The notes: generated by a model not told the origin, from the letters alone. DNA of 64,000 nt from Oligoflexales bacterium (GCA_041736175.1 JBGSUI010000217.1:32001-96000); one strand, 5' to 3'. Positions 49,547 to 59,791 are shown, numbered from the stretch's first letter. Numbers and translations are program-made.

Positions 49547-50755
49547 TTATATCGAAAGGGGCTTGTAGCCTACTACTACATTGGAACCCACTGCGGGGGC
49601 TTTACCCTCAGTGAAAACAATCGCATTAAGAGATTCGTCGTATTTAAACGAAGCCGGATCGATTTTAGAACCATTGACACCTACCGCAAAACCCCCGGCA
49701 GGATCGGCTTTTTGTTTAAGCTTGTATTCGAGTGTGACAGTTTGTTGCACGAGGCGTTTGCCAAGGTCCACAAACAATGGATTCCAATTGTCTGCACAAA
49801 GGTCGTAGACAGCTCCCAAGGTCTCTTTAGCTTTGGCAATTTCTGCATAGACCACTCCAGGCGCTGCCTGGGTACAAGTTGGGCTTTCCTTGCTGACTCC
49901 GTCTAGCCAGACAAGGCCGTTAAAGGATGTCTTGTCTTTAAAGCGGGGGTCAGCCTGCAAGGTTGCAATAAAAGACTGGGCCGTGACGTCTTCCGCATTG
50001 TCATCGGTGATTACAATAAAGGCTTTTTGGGTATTTGCACGAATCGGAACGGTCGTAGGGATCCCCCCATTTAAGAAATTTGTAAAGTGGTTCAAGGCAT
50101 CATTACTACCGATACTCTGGTTTAGAGAGGTCACCTTTAACGGGTCCGAGCCAGGGAGTGTCGTCCGACCTGCCATCACCCAAATGTGGTAATCCAGTCC
50201 GACTTCTTTACTAAAAAGTTGCGTTAAAACAGTCAAATTTTGCTGAACCTTAACGGCCTCCTCTCCCATACTCCCTGATGTGTCTAGCGCTATGATAAGA
50301 TCTAGGGGCTTTTTTGTAGTTTTTGCGTCGACCACAAACTGCTCTGTGTTTAAATTTTTGAATTGGGGATCATTTTTTATCAACATATCATTAACGGGAT
50401 TTTGGCCTCCAGGAGCACCACCTGATCCCGGCAAACCGTCAAGCTGACTGCCGTCTTCTCCCTCGACGCCGATGTCGCTATTTTTGGAGATCGCTCCTGG
50501 TCCTTTACCATTGTTGCCCTGATTTAGGCCACCTGGTTCTTTCTCATTCGCACCCCTTTGGGCACTGTCACTCGATGTGCCAGATCGTGGCCCTTCTGCG
50601 CCTGGTGTCGAACTTGCACCTGGACTTGCCCCTGTCTTCCCTGCTCCACCTGTCAATGCTGCATTACTCGAACAAGATTTTAGACAGGCGACAACAGACA
50701 AAATAATAATTAGTTTAACACCTGTAGTCATTGGTAATGTCAAAGATGAATTCAT
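49547..50755 (-). CDS. vWA-domain lipoprotein with Gly/Ser-rich linker
   Basis: MIDAS DLIIALDTSGSM, IVITDD; N-terminal hydrophobic segment with Cys. Confidence 0.8.
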   Translation of the reverse strand: MNSSLTLPMTTGVKLIIILSVVACLKSCSSNAALTGGAGKTGASPGASSTPGAEGPRSGTSSDSAQRGANEKEPGGLNQGNNGKGPGAISKNSDIGVEGEDGSQLDGLPGSGGAPGGQNPVNDMLIKNDPQFKNLNTEQFVVDAKTTKKPLDLIIALDTSGSMGEEAVKVQQNLTVLTQLFSKEVGLDYHIWVMAGRTTLPGSDPLKVTSLNQSIGSNDALNHFTNFLNGGIPTTVPIRANTQKAFIVITDDNAEDVTAQSFIATLQADPRFKDKTSFNGLVWLDGVSKESPTCTQAAPGVVYAEIAKAKETLGAVYDLCADNWNPLFVDLGKRLVQQTVTLEYKLKQKADPAGGFAVGVNGSKIDPASFKYDESLNAIVFTEGKAPAVGSNVVVGYKPLSI

Positions 50756-50788
50756 AGTCAAGTCTCCTTGTGAACCGGATTTAATCTC

Positions 50789-50815
50789 TTATCGGATTTA
50801 TGACTGTTTCTTTGA
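50789..50815 (-). promoter_or_regulatory. candidate sigma28 promoter for the vWA lipoprotein
   Basis: TCAAA-N14-TCCGATAA. Confidence 0.5.
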
Positions 50816-50987
50816 CTGTTACCGGCAACACATCAGAATACTAGGGCTATTGAGGCTTAATTTCCACCCACCCCGATTCGAAGCCCACATCAAATCTTTA
50901 AGTCTCTTTGTAAAAGAGGTTGTCTGAAAACTAGGACAAAGTCGCCATGGGTCGAGTTTTCAGACACCCTGTTCGTTTTAGCCCGGA

Positions 50988-51293
50988 CTATCCCTCTTGC
51001 GGTTCACATGAGCCCTCTGATTCAGGACATCCGGAGCCACAGGTATCATCATCACAAGGGACTTCGCAGGGACAACCCTCTTCGGGGCAAGTATCTCCGA
51101 TAGCCTGCTTGTCTGTGGGGCAGCACTCTCCTCCGGGACAACAGCCCGTCTCTGGATCACAGCACTCACCGTCCGAGGTGGTCGTAACCTCTGCTGCGTC
51201 AACATCTGGTGTTGCCATCTGCTCTGAGAAACCTTGTGCGTTTAAAGCTAAGCCTAACACCAAAGACATCAATAATTTTGAGATTTTAACCAT
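50988..51293 (-). CDS. small secreted Cys-rich acidic protein
   Basis: GAGGAG SD; signal peptide (..LNAQG); 13 Cys in the last 59 aa. Confidence 0.7.
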   Translation of the reverse strand: MVKISKLLMSLVLGLALNAQGFSEQMATPDVDAAEVTTTSDGECCDPETGCCPGGECCPTDKQAIGDTCPEEGCPCEVPCDDDTCGSGCPESEGSCEPQEG

Positions 51294-51487
51294 TAGTAAC
51301 TCCTCAATTAATTTGATTTTTAGCGAATCCAGAAAAAATAACTGTACTGATACTGATTATACCTTAACCCAGAGCCTCCTGTGGGATCACCTAGAAAACT
51401 CTCCTGACAAGCCTGATTCTCGTAGTGCAGACTCCTTTGGGTTTTGGTAAAACTGACAAACCATACTTTGCGCTGGAGGGAGAATCT

Positions 51488-52657
51488 ATGGGCTCAAGAG
51501 TTAAATTACAGAATTATTACAGATCAATAGGGTTACCATTGTTGGTAACTTGGGTTGCAGCAAAGCTGTTGGTTGGTGAACCTGTTCAAGGAGCGACTCT
51601 TAAAATAGGCACAGTCTTCCCCCTTAGCGGCCAGCAATCCACCTACGGGGAAGAATCCGCGAATGGCGTCGAACTTGCTCTAGAAGAACTGAAATCAAAA
51701 GACCCAAAGCTTGCCGCTCAGATCGTAGTCGTTAAAGAAGACGAAAAATCAAACCCCGTCGACGCTGGAAACGCTGTTAAGAAACTTTTGTCCGTCGATA
51801 AAGTCGATCTTGTCCTTGGATCCGTCGCTAGCTCTAACACTTTGTCCATGGTCGCACCGGTACTGGAAGCTGGAAAAATCCTTGTCTCCCATGCTTCCAC
51901 CAACCCCGAAGTCACCAAAAAGGGCGACGCCATCTTTAGAACCTGCTTTATCGATCCCTTCCAAGGCACTGTCCTGGCCAATTTTGCCCTCAAAAACCTC
52001 AATAAGAAGTCCGCAGCGATTCTGTTGGACCATAAGTCCGATTATTCCAAGGGACTTGCCCAATACTTCGAGGCCGCCTTCGTGGCCGGTGGTGGCAAGA
52101 TCGTTGCTAAAGAAGCCTATGAAGCAGACAACAAAGAATTTCGCACCCAACTCACCAAAATCCGCAGTACAAAACCCGAAGTTTTGCTTATTCCCGGATA
52201 CTACCAAGACGTTGGTATGATTATGAAGCAAGCAAAACAGATGGGCTTTAAGGTCGTGATGCTCGGAGGCGATGGATGGGACAGTCCAGCCTTGTTTGAC
52301 CTGGCCGGACCAGCCGTAGTCGATCATTATTTTTCATCCCATTTTTCGGTGGATGACACCGATCCAGCAGTTCAAACCTTTGTAAAAGCCTATACCACCC
52401 GTTATAAAAAGGCACCGGGCGCCATGGCTGCTCTAGCCTATGACACCGTATTTGTGGTTGCAGATGCCTTTAAGAGAGCTGGCGACAACTCATCTGCAGC
52501 TCTTAAAAAAGCAATGAGTTCAGTAAAGGGATACAAGGGTATCACAGGGACCATCAGCATCAATAAAGACCGTGATGCTGAAAAAGATGCTGTGGTGCTG
52601 AAGACCCAAGCCAACAAAGCAGTCTTTTCGGCAAAGGTCTCTCCCACATCGCCCTAA
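51488..52657 (+). CDS. livK: branched-chain amino acid ABC substrate-binding protein (start at MGSRVKL)
   Basis: KIGTVFPLSG, FRTCFIDPFQG, GGDGWDS, ALAYD. Confidence 0.9.
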   Translation: MGSRVKLQNYYRSIGLPLLVTWVAAKLLVGEPVQGATLKIGTVFPLSGQQSTYGEESANGVELALEELKSKDPKLAAQIVVVKEDEKSNPVDAGNAVKKLLSVDKVDLVLGSVASSNTLSMVAPVLEAGKILVSHASTNPEVTKKGDAIFRTCFIDPFQGTVLANFALKNLNKKSAAILLDHKSDYSKGLAQYFEAAFVAGGGKIVAKEAYEADNKEFRTQLTKIRSTKPEVLLIPGYYQDVGMIMKQAKQMGFKVVMLGGDGWDSPALFDLAGPAVVDHYFSSHFSVDDTDPAVQTFVKAYTTRYKKAPGAMAALAYDTVFVVADAFKRAGDNSSAALKKAMSSVKGYKGITGTISINKDRDAEKDAVVLKTQANKAVFSAKVSPTSP

Positions 52658-52706
52658 AGGTCCAACTAGTCCATCGCCAGTCCCCTGTTTTCGTTTAGGA
52701 CCACCT

Positions 52707-53582
52707 ATGCAGCTTATCCAATTCCTAGTCAATGGACTTTCCGTCGGCGCCATGTATGCGCTGATCGCCCTCGGCTATACGATGGTCTACGGGATTGTTC
52801 AGCTTATCAATTTTGCCCATGGTGAGTTCCTGATGGTGGGAAGCTTTGTGGGAGCCCTCACGGTATCCCATATCACTGGCGTCCCAATCGTAGTGGCTCT
52901 CTGTCTGGCCATGGTTGCTGCCGGTTTAGTGGCTGTCCTCTGCGAATTTATTGCATACCGCCCCTTACGGAACCAACCGCGGATTTATGTCCTTACAGCT
53001 GCTATTGCCGTGTCCGTGTTTTTGCAAAACCTCGCTCGCCTGATCTTTGGTGCATCTGCCCAAAACTTTGCGGCCTCGCTACCGATGGGTGCCTTTGAAA
53101 TAGGCGAGGTTTTTATCGACTATGCGCAGTTGATGATCTTTGTTTTTTGCTTTGTGATGATGGGGATTTTATGGGTGATCGTCCACAAGACCAAGCTCGG
53201 TCAGGCGATGCGGGCGACCTCCCAGGATATGAATGCGGCCCGCCTGATGGGAATCAATGTTAATTTTATTATTTCCTTTACTTTTTTTATTGGAGCCAGC
53301 CTCGCTGGAGCCGTCGGTGTCCTCTATGGCATGATGTATTCCGTAGATCCTCTAATGGGTGTCAAACCTGGCCTAGCTGCTTTTGTCGCCGCCGTGCTCG
53401 GTGGTATTGGCTCGTTGCCGGGCGCGATGATCGGCGGACTCTTGATCGGAGTGATTGAAAACCTTGTCGCTGGCTATATTTCTTCGACCTACCAGTCTGC
53501 GGTTACTTTTTTAGTGCTCATTGTAGTGTTGTCCTTTAAACCTTCTGGACTTTTAGGTCGAATGACTGTGGTTAAAGTCTAG
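52707..53582 (+). CDS. livH: branched-chain amino acid ABC permease
   Basis: YALIALGYTMVYG..LINFAHGE, AAVLGGIGS. Confidence 0.93.
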   Translation: MQLIQFLVNGLSVGAMYALIALGYTMVYGIVQLINFAHGEFLMVGSFVGALTVSHITGVPIVVALCLAMVAAGLVAVLCEFIAYRPLRNQPRIYVLTAAIAVSVFLQNLARLIFGASAQNFAASLPMGAFEIGEVFIDYAQLMIFVFCFVMMGILWVIVHKTKLGQAMRATSQDMNAARLMGINVNFIISFTFFIGASLAGAVGVLYGMMYSVDPLMGVKPGLAAFVAAVLGGIGSLPGAMIGGLLIGVIENLVAGYISSTYQSAVTFLVLIVVLSFKPSGLLGRMTVVKV

Positions 53583-53619
53583 GTTATAAACTTAGACCTT
53601 TAGAGCGAAGGAGTTCTCT

Positions 53620-54588
53620 TTGTTAGATTTTTTTTTGGCACTTGGCCCTACTTTAAGCAATACCATGTGGCTGGTAGGAATCTATATCATCCTGGCCCTA
53701 GGGCTTAATTTGATCAACGGCATGGGCGGCATGTTTTCCATTGGCCATGCGGGATTCTGGGCCCTTGGAGCCTATGCTGCCGGGTTATGCATCACTAAAA
53801 ACCCACTCGGGCTTCCCGATTTCGCTCTTTTTCCAAGTGGGCTCATCTTAGCGGTCGTCGTCACTGCCCTCGCCGGCTGGGCCTTAGCCAAAGCCTGTTT
53901 AGGACTCAGTGGCGATTACCTGGCCATAGCTACTTTGGGGTTTTCTATTATTATCGTCAGCCTCCTTTATAACTTCGATTATGTAGGGGCAGCGACGGGG
54001 ATGAGTGCACCAACCATGGTCACCAGCCTTGGAATCTGGGGATTTGTCGTCTTGTCTCTTTTGTTCTATGGCCGGATTCAGTTTAGTAATCGGGGTCGGA
54101 TGATCTTAGCACTCAGAGAAGACGAAATTGCCGCCCAATCCATCGGCATCGATGCCACAAAATCTAAAACTTTGGTGTTTATTTTAGGGGCGGCTCTTGC
54201 GGGCGTTGCTGGAGCACTCTATGCCGGGTCTGCAAACTACCTCAATCCCGCTGGATTTGAATTTCACCAGAGCATAAAGATCCTCACCATGGTGGTCTTA
54301 GGCGGTCTCGGCACTCTGACTGGTGTGACGTTAGCTGCGGCGGGATTGACCTTACTTCCCGAATTGCTGCGTCTCCTAAACTTTAAAGAGTATGAGATGT
54401 TGGTTTTTGCCTTGGTGCTCTTGGTCATGGTTTTAGGACGGCCCCAAGGCATTTTTGGACCTAAAGAGCTCTGGGATCTTAGATTTATCCGCAAACACTG
54501 GCATCCTGATCGCAATTACAAGGCCCTTGTCCAAAGCCAAGGAATCAGCCAAAACCCTACTCCCCCTCAAAATCATAAGGGTGTCTAA
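53620..54588 (+). CDS. livM: branched-chain amino acid ABC permease
   Basis: SIGHAGF, GDYLAIATLGF, REDEIAA, MVVLGGLG. Confidence 0.92.
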   Translation: MLDFFLALGPTLSNTMWLVGIYIILALGLNLINGMGGMFSIGHAGFWALGAYAAGLCITKNPLGLPDFALFPSGLILAVVVTALAGWALAKACLGLSGDYLAIATLGFSIIIVSLLYNFDYVGAATGMSAPTMVTSLGIWGFVVLSLLFYGRIQFSNRGRMILALREDEIAAQSIGIDATKSKTLVFILGAALAGVAGALYAGSANYLNPAGFEFHQSIKILTMVVLGGLGTLTGVTLAAAGLTLLPELLRLLNFKEYEMLVFALVLLVMVLGRPQGIFGPKELWDLRFIRKHWHPDRNYKALVQSQGISQNPTPPQNHKGV

Positions 54589-55380
54589 GTGGAAAAAAGC
54601 CCTTTACCGACCTTTCAACCCCTACCCTTAGTCACCCATAAGCTTGGCATGACTTTTGGCGGCCTAAAAGCCGTGCAAGATATCAATCTTAAGGTGGGAA
54701 AAAACGAAATTGTAGGACTTATCGGCCCCAATGGAGCTGGTAAAACCACCTGCTTTAATATGATCACCGGGGTCTATACTCCTAGCCATGGGCGGATTGA
54801 TTTTTTTGGTAAATCCATTGGCGGACAAAAGCCCGCTGCGATCAATCGACAGGGCATCGCCAGAACGTTTCAAAATATCCGCCTCTTTAAACAGTTAAGT
54901 GTTTTTGATAATGTCCGGGCAGCCATGCATTCTCAGATCACCTACGGCCTCTTTTCGGCCCTTATACGTAACGCCGCCTATCGCCATCAAGAATCTATGG
55001 TCGCAGAGAGATCCATTAAGCTTCTCGATATGTTTGATTTAAAAACCCGCGCCACGGAGATTGCAGGAAGCCTTCCCTATGGCGAGCAGCGCAAGCTCGA
55101 AATCGTCAGGGCCCTCGCCACGTCGCCTAAACTATTGCTCCTCGACGAACCCGCTGCCGGAATGAATCCCCAGGAAACAGCTCTCTTAACTCAGCTCATC
55201 CGCCGCATCAAAAATGAGTTTGATCTATCGATACTTCTGATCGAACACGATATGAGTCTGGTGATGAAAATCTGTGAACGAATCTATGTCCTAGATTATG
55301 GCAAAGAAATCGCCCACGGGACTCCCCATGAGATCCAGACCAATAAAGAAGTCATAAAAGCTTACTTAGGTGAGGCGTAA
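54589..55380 (+). CDS. livG: branched-chain amino acid ABC ATPase
   Basis: GPNGAGKTT, ARTFQNIRLF, LPYGEQRKLEI, DEPAAG. Confidence 0.94.
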   Translation: MEKSPLPTFQPLPLVTHKLGMTFGGLKAVQDINLKVGKNEIVGLIGPNGAGKTTCFNMITGVYTPSHGRIDFFGKSIGGQKPAAINRQGIARTFQNIRLFKQLSVFDNVRAAMHSQITYGLFSALIRNAAYRHQESMVAERSIKLLDMFDLKTRATEIAGSLPYGEQRKLEIVRALATSPKLLLLDEPAAGMNPQETALLTQLIRRIKNEFDLSILLIEHDMSLVMKICERIYVLDYGKEIAHGTPHEIQTNKEVIKAYLGEA

Positions 55381-55381
55381 C

Positions 55382-56089
55382 ATGCTCCAATGCAATAACC
55401 TCCATGTTTCCTATGGAGCGGTTCATGCTCTTAAGGGAGTCTCACTCTCGGTGTCCCCCGGGCAGATCGTCACCCTTATAGGTGCCAATGGAGCTGGAAA
55501 ATCCACAACTCTCCTCGCCCTTTCTGGTTTACTCAAAGCATCCGAGGGGCAGATCACCTTTGAAAAGACCAATTTAGCATCACTCCCACCCCACCAGATT
55601 GTTGCTCGAGGTCTTATCCATTGCCCCGAGGGACGCAGAGTTTTTAGCCGGATGTCGGTCCGAGAAAATCTAGAGTTAGGGGCCTTCCTACGCCGTGACC
55701 GTCAGGGAGTCCTTCAAGACCTAGAAAAGATCTTTCATCTCTTTCCTCGACTTAAGGAGCGCTCGGTCCAACTCGCTGGGACGCTTTCCGGTGGCGAACA
55801 GCAGATGCTCGCCATAGGTCGAGCAATGATGAGTCGCCCTAAACTCTTGATGCTTGACGAACCGAGCCTAGGAATTGCGCCCATCCTAGTGCAGGAGATC
55901 TTTAGGACCATCAAAAAAATCAATCAGGAAGATAAAGTTACGATTTTATTGGTAGAGCAAAACGCCCATATGGCGCTCAAACTTGCTGATGAAGCCTATG
56001 TGTTAGAGACTGGCAAAGTCGTCCTCAGTGGGCCTGCAGCGCAGTTGGCCCAAGACCCTCGAATACGGGATGCCTATCTAGGGCATTGA
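55382..56089 (+). CDS. livF: branched-chain amino acid ABC ATPase
   Basis: GANGAGKST, PEGRRVF, LSGGEQQMLAI, LLVEQN. Confidence 0.94.
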   Translation: MLQCNNLHVSYGAVHALKGVSLSVSPGQIVTLIGANGAGKSTTLLALSGLLKASEGQITFEKTNLASLPPHQIVARGLIHCPEGRRVFSRMSVRENLELGAFLRRDRQGVLQDLEKIFHLFPRLKERSVQLAGTLSGGEQQMLAIGRAMMSRPKLLMLDEPSLGIAPILVQEIFRTIKKINQEDKVTILLVEQNAHMALKLADEAYVLETGKVVLSGPAAQLAQDPRIRDAYLGH

Positions 56090-56156
56090 TGGTGATGGGC
56101 GATCTAAACCAACTGCTTAAGACCGTCTACCCAATAAACAGCACTTATTCCCGATA

Positions 56157-56507
56157 TCAAGTCTTTTTTTTGCGACATTTGTACTTGATCCGCCACTCCC
56201 GTGCCTCTGCCGACTCTGGGGTAAGCGACCAAGGATGGGGAGCCGTGTATTCTGACGATCCAGGGACGCTATCACCCTCTTCGAGGATGATGGGCGTTTT
56301 TTTGCCGCAGGTTTCTTTCATCCTGAGTCTAGCTTCTGCTTTTGCGCCTCGATCTGTACCATCCGCAAGGGTGATGATTCCACCTTTTCCTGGCGACTTC
56401 TTCACCTCTTTTAACGAGGCACACCCCGTAAGGGACATAAACAGCCCTACTACCGGTAGGTAGAGAACCAAGTCCAAGTGCCTAGGGGGACTAGATCGTG
56501 CCTTCAT
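56157..56507 (-). CDS. small hypothetical lipoprotein
   Basis: Lipobox LTGC; two further Cys; GGAG SD. Confidence 0.6.
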   Translation of the reverse strand: MKARSSPPRHLDLVLYLPVVGLFMSLTGCASLKEVKKSPGKGGIITLADGTDRGAKAEARLRMKETCGKKTPIILEEGDSVPGSSEYTAPHPWSLTPESAEAREWRIKYKCRKKKT

Positions 56508-56648
56508 GTATCACTCCGCAGATTGAGAACCTCCCCTCTTAAATCTGCAGTATTGATGCCAAAGACTACCTAAACAGCAACCCACTAGAAACTATATAAT
56601 CATCACTCCTACCTAGATTCTTACGACGTATAAAGAATCTATAACCTA

Positions 56649-57323
56649 TCAGGATGCTGACTTTTTAATCGACCACTGGACTTGGAGTTGAGTGTCAAAC
56701 TGCTTTTCCGCATCCCTCAGAGCATTTTCGATTTCTGCTTCGATCTGCTTCTCGACAAGCTTCTGAATGGTTTCACGGATTTTAGTCTTAAATTGCAGAG
56801 GTAACTCCGCATGGATCCCCATCTCGTGGAGTTGAGGCTGTTGGGAAAGTTGGATCCGTTTTACAGATTCAAGCTTGACGGCGGCAAGGGGGACTTGGGC
56901 TTCGGCCTTTGATTTAGTAGTTCGGGCGCCTGCTTTCATAGTGTCGGCGATCACTTGGTATGCTTGGCTCCACTGGTCTTTTAATGTTGGAGTCCAAGCA
57001 TCCCCAAAAAACTCGCCAAAAGTCTTGAGCAGCGACACTCCCACCCATTCATAATGGTGGATTTCGGTACCGTATTTGGTATGGCGTTCACCAAGTCCAT
57101 GGAGAAGGTTTTCGAGTTTGGTGGGTTGGTCAAGGTTGTCGACCACTTGGACAAGCGAGCTGACAAGGGCACTTTTTTGTTTGGCCATATCAACCCCCTC
57201 AAAAAGAGGCTTACTGAGGGGAAAATCGCCCCAAAGGTTAACATAAAACCGGTCCGCTATTTTTTCAGCGCTCGGCTTGGCTAATTCAAAAGAGTCTCTA
57301 ATCATTTTTACATTTAGTGCCAT
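56649..57323 (-). CDS. globin-domain protein with C-terminal helical extension
   Basis: FYVNLW..FP...PLF, QKSAL, LGERHTKYG (proximal His), W..AY. Confidence 0.88.
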   Translation of the reverse strand: MALNVKMIRDSFELAKPSAEKIADRFYVNLWGDFPLSKPLFEGVDMAKQKSALVSSLVQVVDNLDQPTKLENLLHGLGERHTKYGTEIHHYEWVGVSLLKTFGEFFGDAWTPTLKDQWSQAYQVIADTMKAGARTTKSKAEAQVPLAAVKLESVKRIQLSQQPQLHEMGIHAELPLQFKTKIRETIQKLVEKQIEAEIENALRDAEKQFDTQLQVQWSIKKSAS

Positions 57324-57472
57324 AGTACATCTCCCCTGTTCTCAGGTATCTAGATAGCTAAGTAGGGATGACCCCCACCGGTTTCACCAGCAGACTAACG
57401 GTTGTTTGGGTTAACTTCTTGAAGACTATTTTGAGGCTGAGGGCTTATGATGTAATAATAAAGTCAATATTC

Positions 57473-58879
57473 TTATGACCCTAGTGGTTCTTTCAGGATA
57501 ATTTTTTGATAAAAATAATAACTATCCTTGGGTCTTCGCCTTTGGTCCTTATAGTCCACATGAACGAGCCCAAACCGCTTTTCGTAGCCAAAAGCCCACT
57601 CGAAATTATCCATAATGGACCAAGCAAAATAACCCTTCAGGGGAATCCCTCGCTGGCAAATCCCACTCACCTTTTCCAGATGTCGCCGAAAGTACTCCAC
57701 CCGATGATGGTCGTGAATCTGGCCGTCGGACTCTACGCGATCGTCAAAAGCGGCCCCGTTTTCGGTGATATAGTAGGCGGGACAGGGATAGTCTTTATCC
57801 AGCCGCACCAAGAGATCTTCTAAAGCCTGGGGCGCAATCTCCCACCCCATCACGGTGTACTGGTTTCCATCTTGGCGGAGGAGTTTTTCTTGTTCTGGAG
57901 ACCGAGTCCGTCCGATGACTCCGTGGGTATAAAAGTTAACCCCAAGAAAATCGACGGGCTGGCTTATGATTTGAAGGTCACCCTCTTTGATAAATAACCA
58001 ACCTTGGTCAGAGCCTCCATGGAGCACGTCAATAAAGCCGCGCTGTTCGTAAGCTCGTTTCATATCCTCAGGATAAACACCTTTAAGTAGAGGATCGAGA
58101 TACCAACGGTTTAAATCGCCATCGGTAAATTCCGCGGCTCTTTGGGCCTCTGGAGAGTCTTGTTCGACATAGATGGGCGTGAGGTTGAGGGTGATTCCAT
58201 GCTGTGCATTAGGAGCCAGCTCCCGCATCCGCGCGAGGGCAAGCCCATGGCCGAGGAGCAGATGATGGGCGGCCCGCAGGGCTAGACCGCCATCTCTAAA
58301 GCCCGGTGCATGCTCCCCCGTGCGATGTCCTAAGACCGCAGAGCAGAAAGGCTCGTTTAGTGTGATCCAGTGCTGGACACGATCACCGAGGGACTTAACA
58401 ACCGTGGCGGCATAATCAGCAAAAGACTCTGCCGTCGCGCGCACAATCCAGCCACCGTAATTTTGCAGGGCCTGGGGTAAATCCCAGTGATAGAGAGTCA
58501 CCCAAGGGGCAATCCCCCGTGCGAGCATCCCGTCGACGAGCCTGTTATAAAAATCAAGGCCCTTGGCTTGGACCTTACCGCGGCCTTCTGGGTAAATCCG
58601 CGGCCATGCGACGGAAAACCGATATGCGGTCACCCCCAGGTCCTTCATAAGGTCCAGGTCTTTTTCCCAAAGATGATAGTGATCACAGGCAACTGTCCCG
58701 TCACTATGATCTGCCACCCGCCCAGGTGTCAGACAAAAAGTATCCCATATAGAAGGTCCACGGCCATCCACCCGGGACGCTCCTTCGATTTGAAAGGAGG
58801 AACTCGCCGCGCCCCAAACAAAACCAGTTGGAAAGGTCCCTAAAAAAGAAGTCGCTGGGTTCGTCTGGGTTTTTTTAAT
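57473..58879 (-). CDS. GH1 beta-glucosidase; start inferred at a non-canonical ATT
   Basis: FPTGFVWGAASSSFQIEG upstream of the track's GTG; TLNEP and ITENG catalytic motifs; DNFEWAFGY. Confidence 0.88.
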   Translation of the reverse strand: MKKTQTNPATSFLGTFPTGFVWGAASSSFQIEGASRVDGRGPSIWDTFCLTPGRVADHSDGTVACDHYHLWEKDLDLMKDLGVTAYRFSVAWPRIYPEGRGKVQAKGLDFYNRLVDGMLARGIAPWVTLYHWDLPQALQNYGGWIVRATAESFADYAATVVKSLGDRVQHWITLNEPFCSAVLGHRTGEHAPGFRDGGLALRAAHHLLLGHGLALARMRELAPNAQHGITLNLTPIYVEQDSPEAQRAAEFTDGDLNRWYLDPLLKGVYPEDMKRAYEQRGFIDVLHGGSDQGWLFIKEGDLQIISQPVDFLGVNFYTHGVIGRTRSPEQEKLLRQDGNQYTVMGWEIAPQALEDLLVRLDKDYPCPAYYITENGAAFDDRVESDGQIHDHHRVEYFRRHLEKVSGICQRGIPLKGYFAWSIMDNFEWAFGYEKRFGLVHVDYKDQRRRPKDSYYFYQKIILKEPLGS

Positions 58880-58914
58880 AGCTCAGGCTCCCGACCTATC
58901 ACTGGGCTAAGTTA

Positions 58915-58991
58915 TGGAGCGGAAAACGGGATTCGAACCCGCGACCTTCGGCTTGGGAAGCCGACGCTCTAGCCAACTGAGCTATTTCCGC
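58915..58991 (-). tRNA. tRNA-Gly (CCC)
   Basis: GCGGAAATAGCTCAGTTGGCTAGAGCGTCGGCTT-CCC-AAGCCGAAGGTCGCGGGTTCGAATCCCGTTTTCCGCTCCA. Confidence 0.96.
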
Positions 58992-59089
58992 AATTCACCA
59001 CCCCATGTTAGTACATCAGCTATAAGGTCTCCCGCAAGCAGTCGATCAAGAATTTTTGGGGGGCAAGAACCAAGATTTCCAACGGGCCC

Positions 59090-59791
59090 TTAGGGGGCGA
59101 CGACGCGGCTGACTCTGGTCTCTATGAACTTAAGCATCTTGGGTGCCTTTTTACATTTGGTGGGAGAAGACTCCTCGCCCCGTTGGCAGCGGCTTTGGGT
59201 GACTTCTACGAGGTTCTTGGCCTTTTCATAGGCTTTTCTCGAATCTCCTACATTGCCGGCAGCCCTGTTGACATCACCTAGGCTGATGCAGCTTCGAATA
59301 TCAGATTCTTCGCAGGACTTAGTCAGTTTAGCCTGAATCGTCGCCAAGCCCTTCTTAGCTTTGCCACCGTCTTTATTGAGCTGATCGCAAGCTGACTTAA
59401 GACCCTGATCGCATTCTTGGGAGATCCGAGCATAGTTTTTGGCAAACTGCACCATCCGGTGGGGGGCTTCCTTGCTGTTCCTAGAAGTAAGGCTCCGCAG
59501 ACTCATACCGCTTGCTGATGGACCCGAAGAGTCCTCAAGGGGTCGATCCATAACTAGGCTTCGATTTTGATGCTGTTCTACTGTTGGATCCTGATGTCTT
59601 CTGGGAGACCAGCCTCCCTCAGACTCTGGTCTTCTTGAATCCGTAGGATCACGACCGGAAAGCTGATGTGATCCGGAGTCCACCTCGGGGTTTGTATCTT
59701 GAGATTGGTACCAATAGGCCCCAAGGATGACGACCCCCGTGGCTAGGATCATCGCCCATCGAATTCTTTGTTTGCCCGTAACACTTTCCAT
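59090..59791 (-). CDS. membrane-anchored hypothetical protein with Cys-paired helical repeats
   Basis: N-terminal TM helix; CDQGLKSAC, CEESDIRSC, CQRGEESSPTKC resemble Sel1/Hcp-like repeats. Confidence 0.6.
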   Translation of the reverse strand: MESVTGKQRIRWAMILATGVVILGAYWYQSQDTNPEVDSGSHQLSGRDPTDSRRPESEGGWSPRRHQDPTVEQHQNRSLVMDRPLEDSSGPSASGMSLRSLTSRNSKEAPHRMVQFAKNYARISQECDQGLKSACDQLNKDGGKAKKGLATIQAKLTKSCEESDIRSCISLGDVNRAAGNVGDSRKAYEKAKNLVEVTQSRCQRGEESSPTKCKKAPKMLKFIETRVSRVVAP

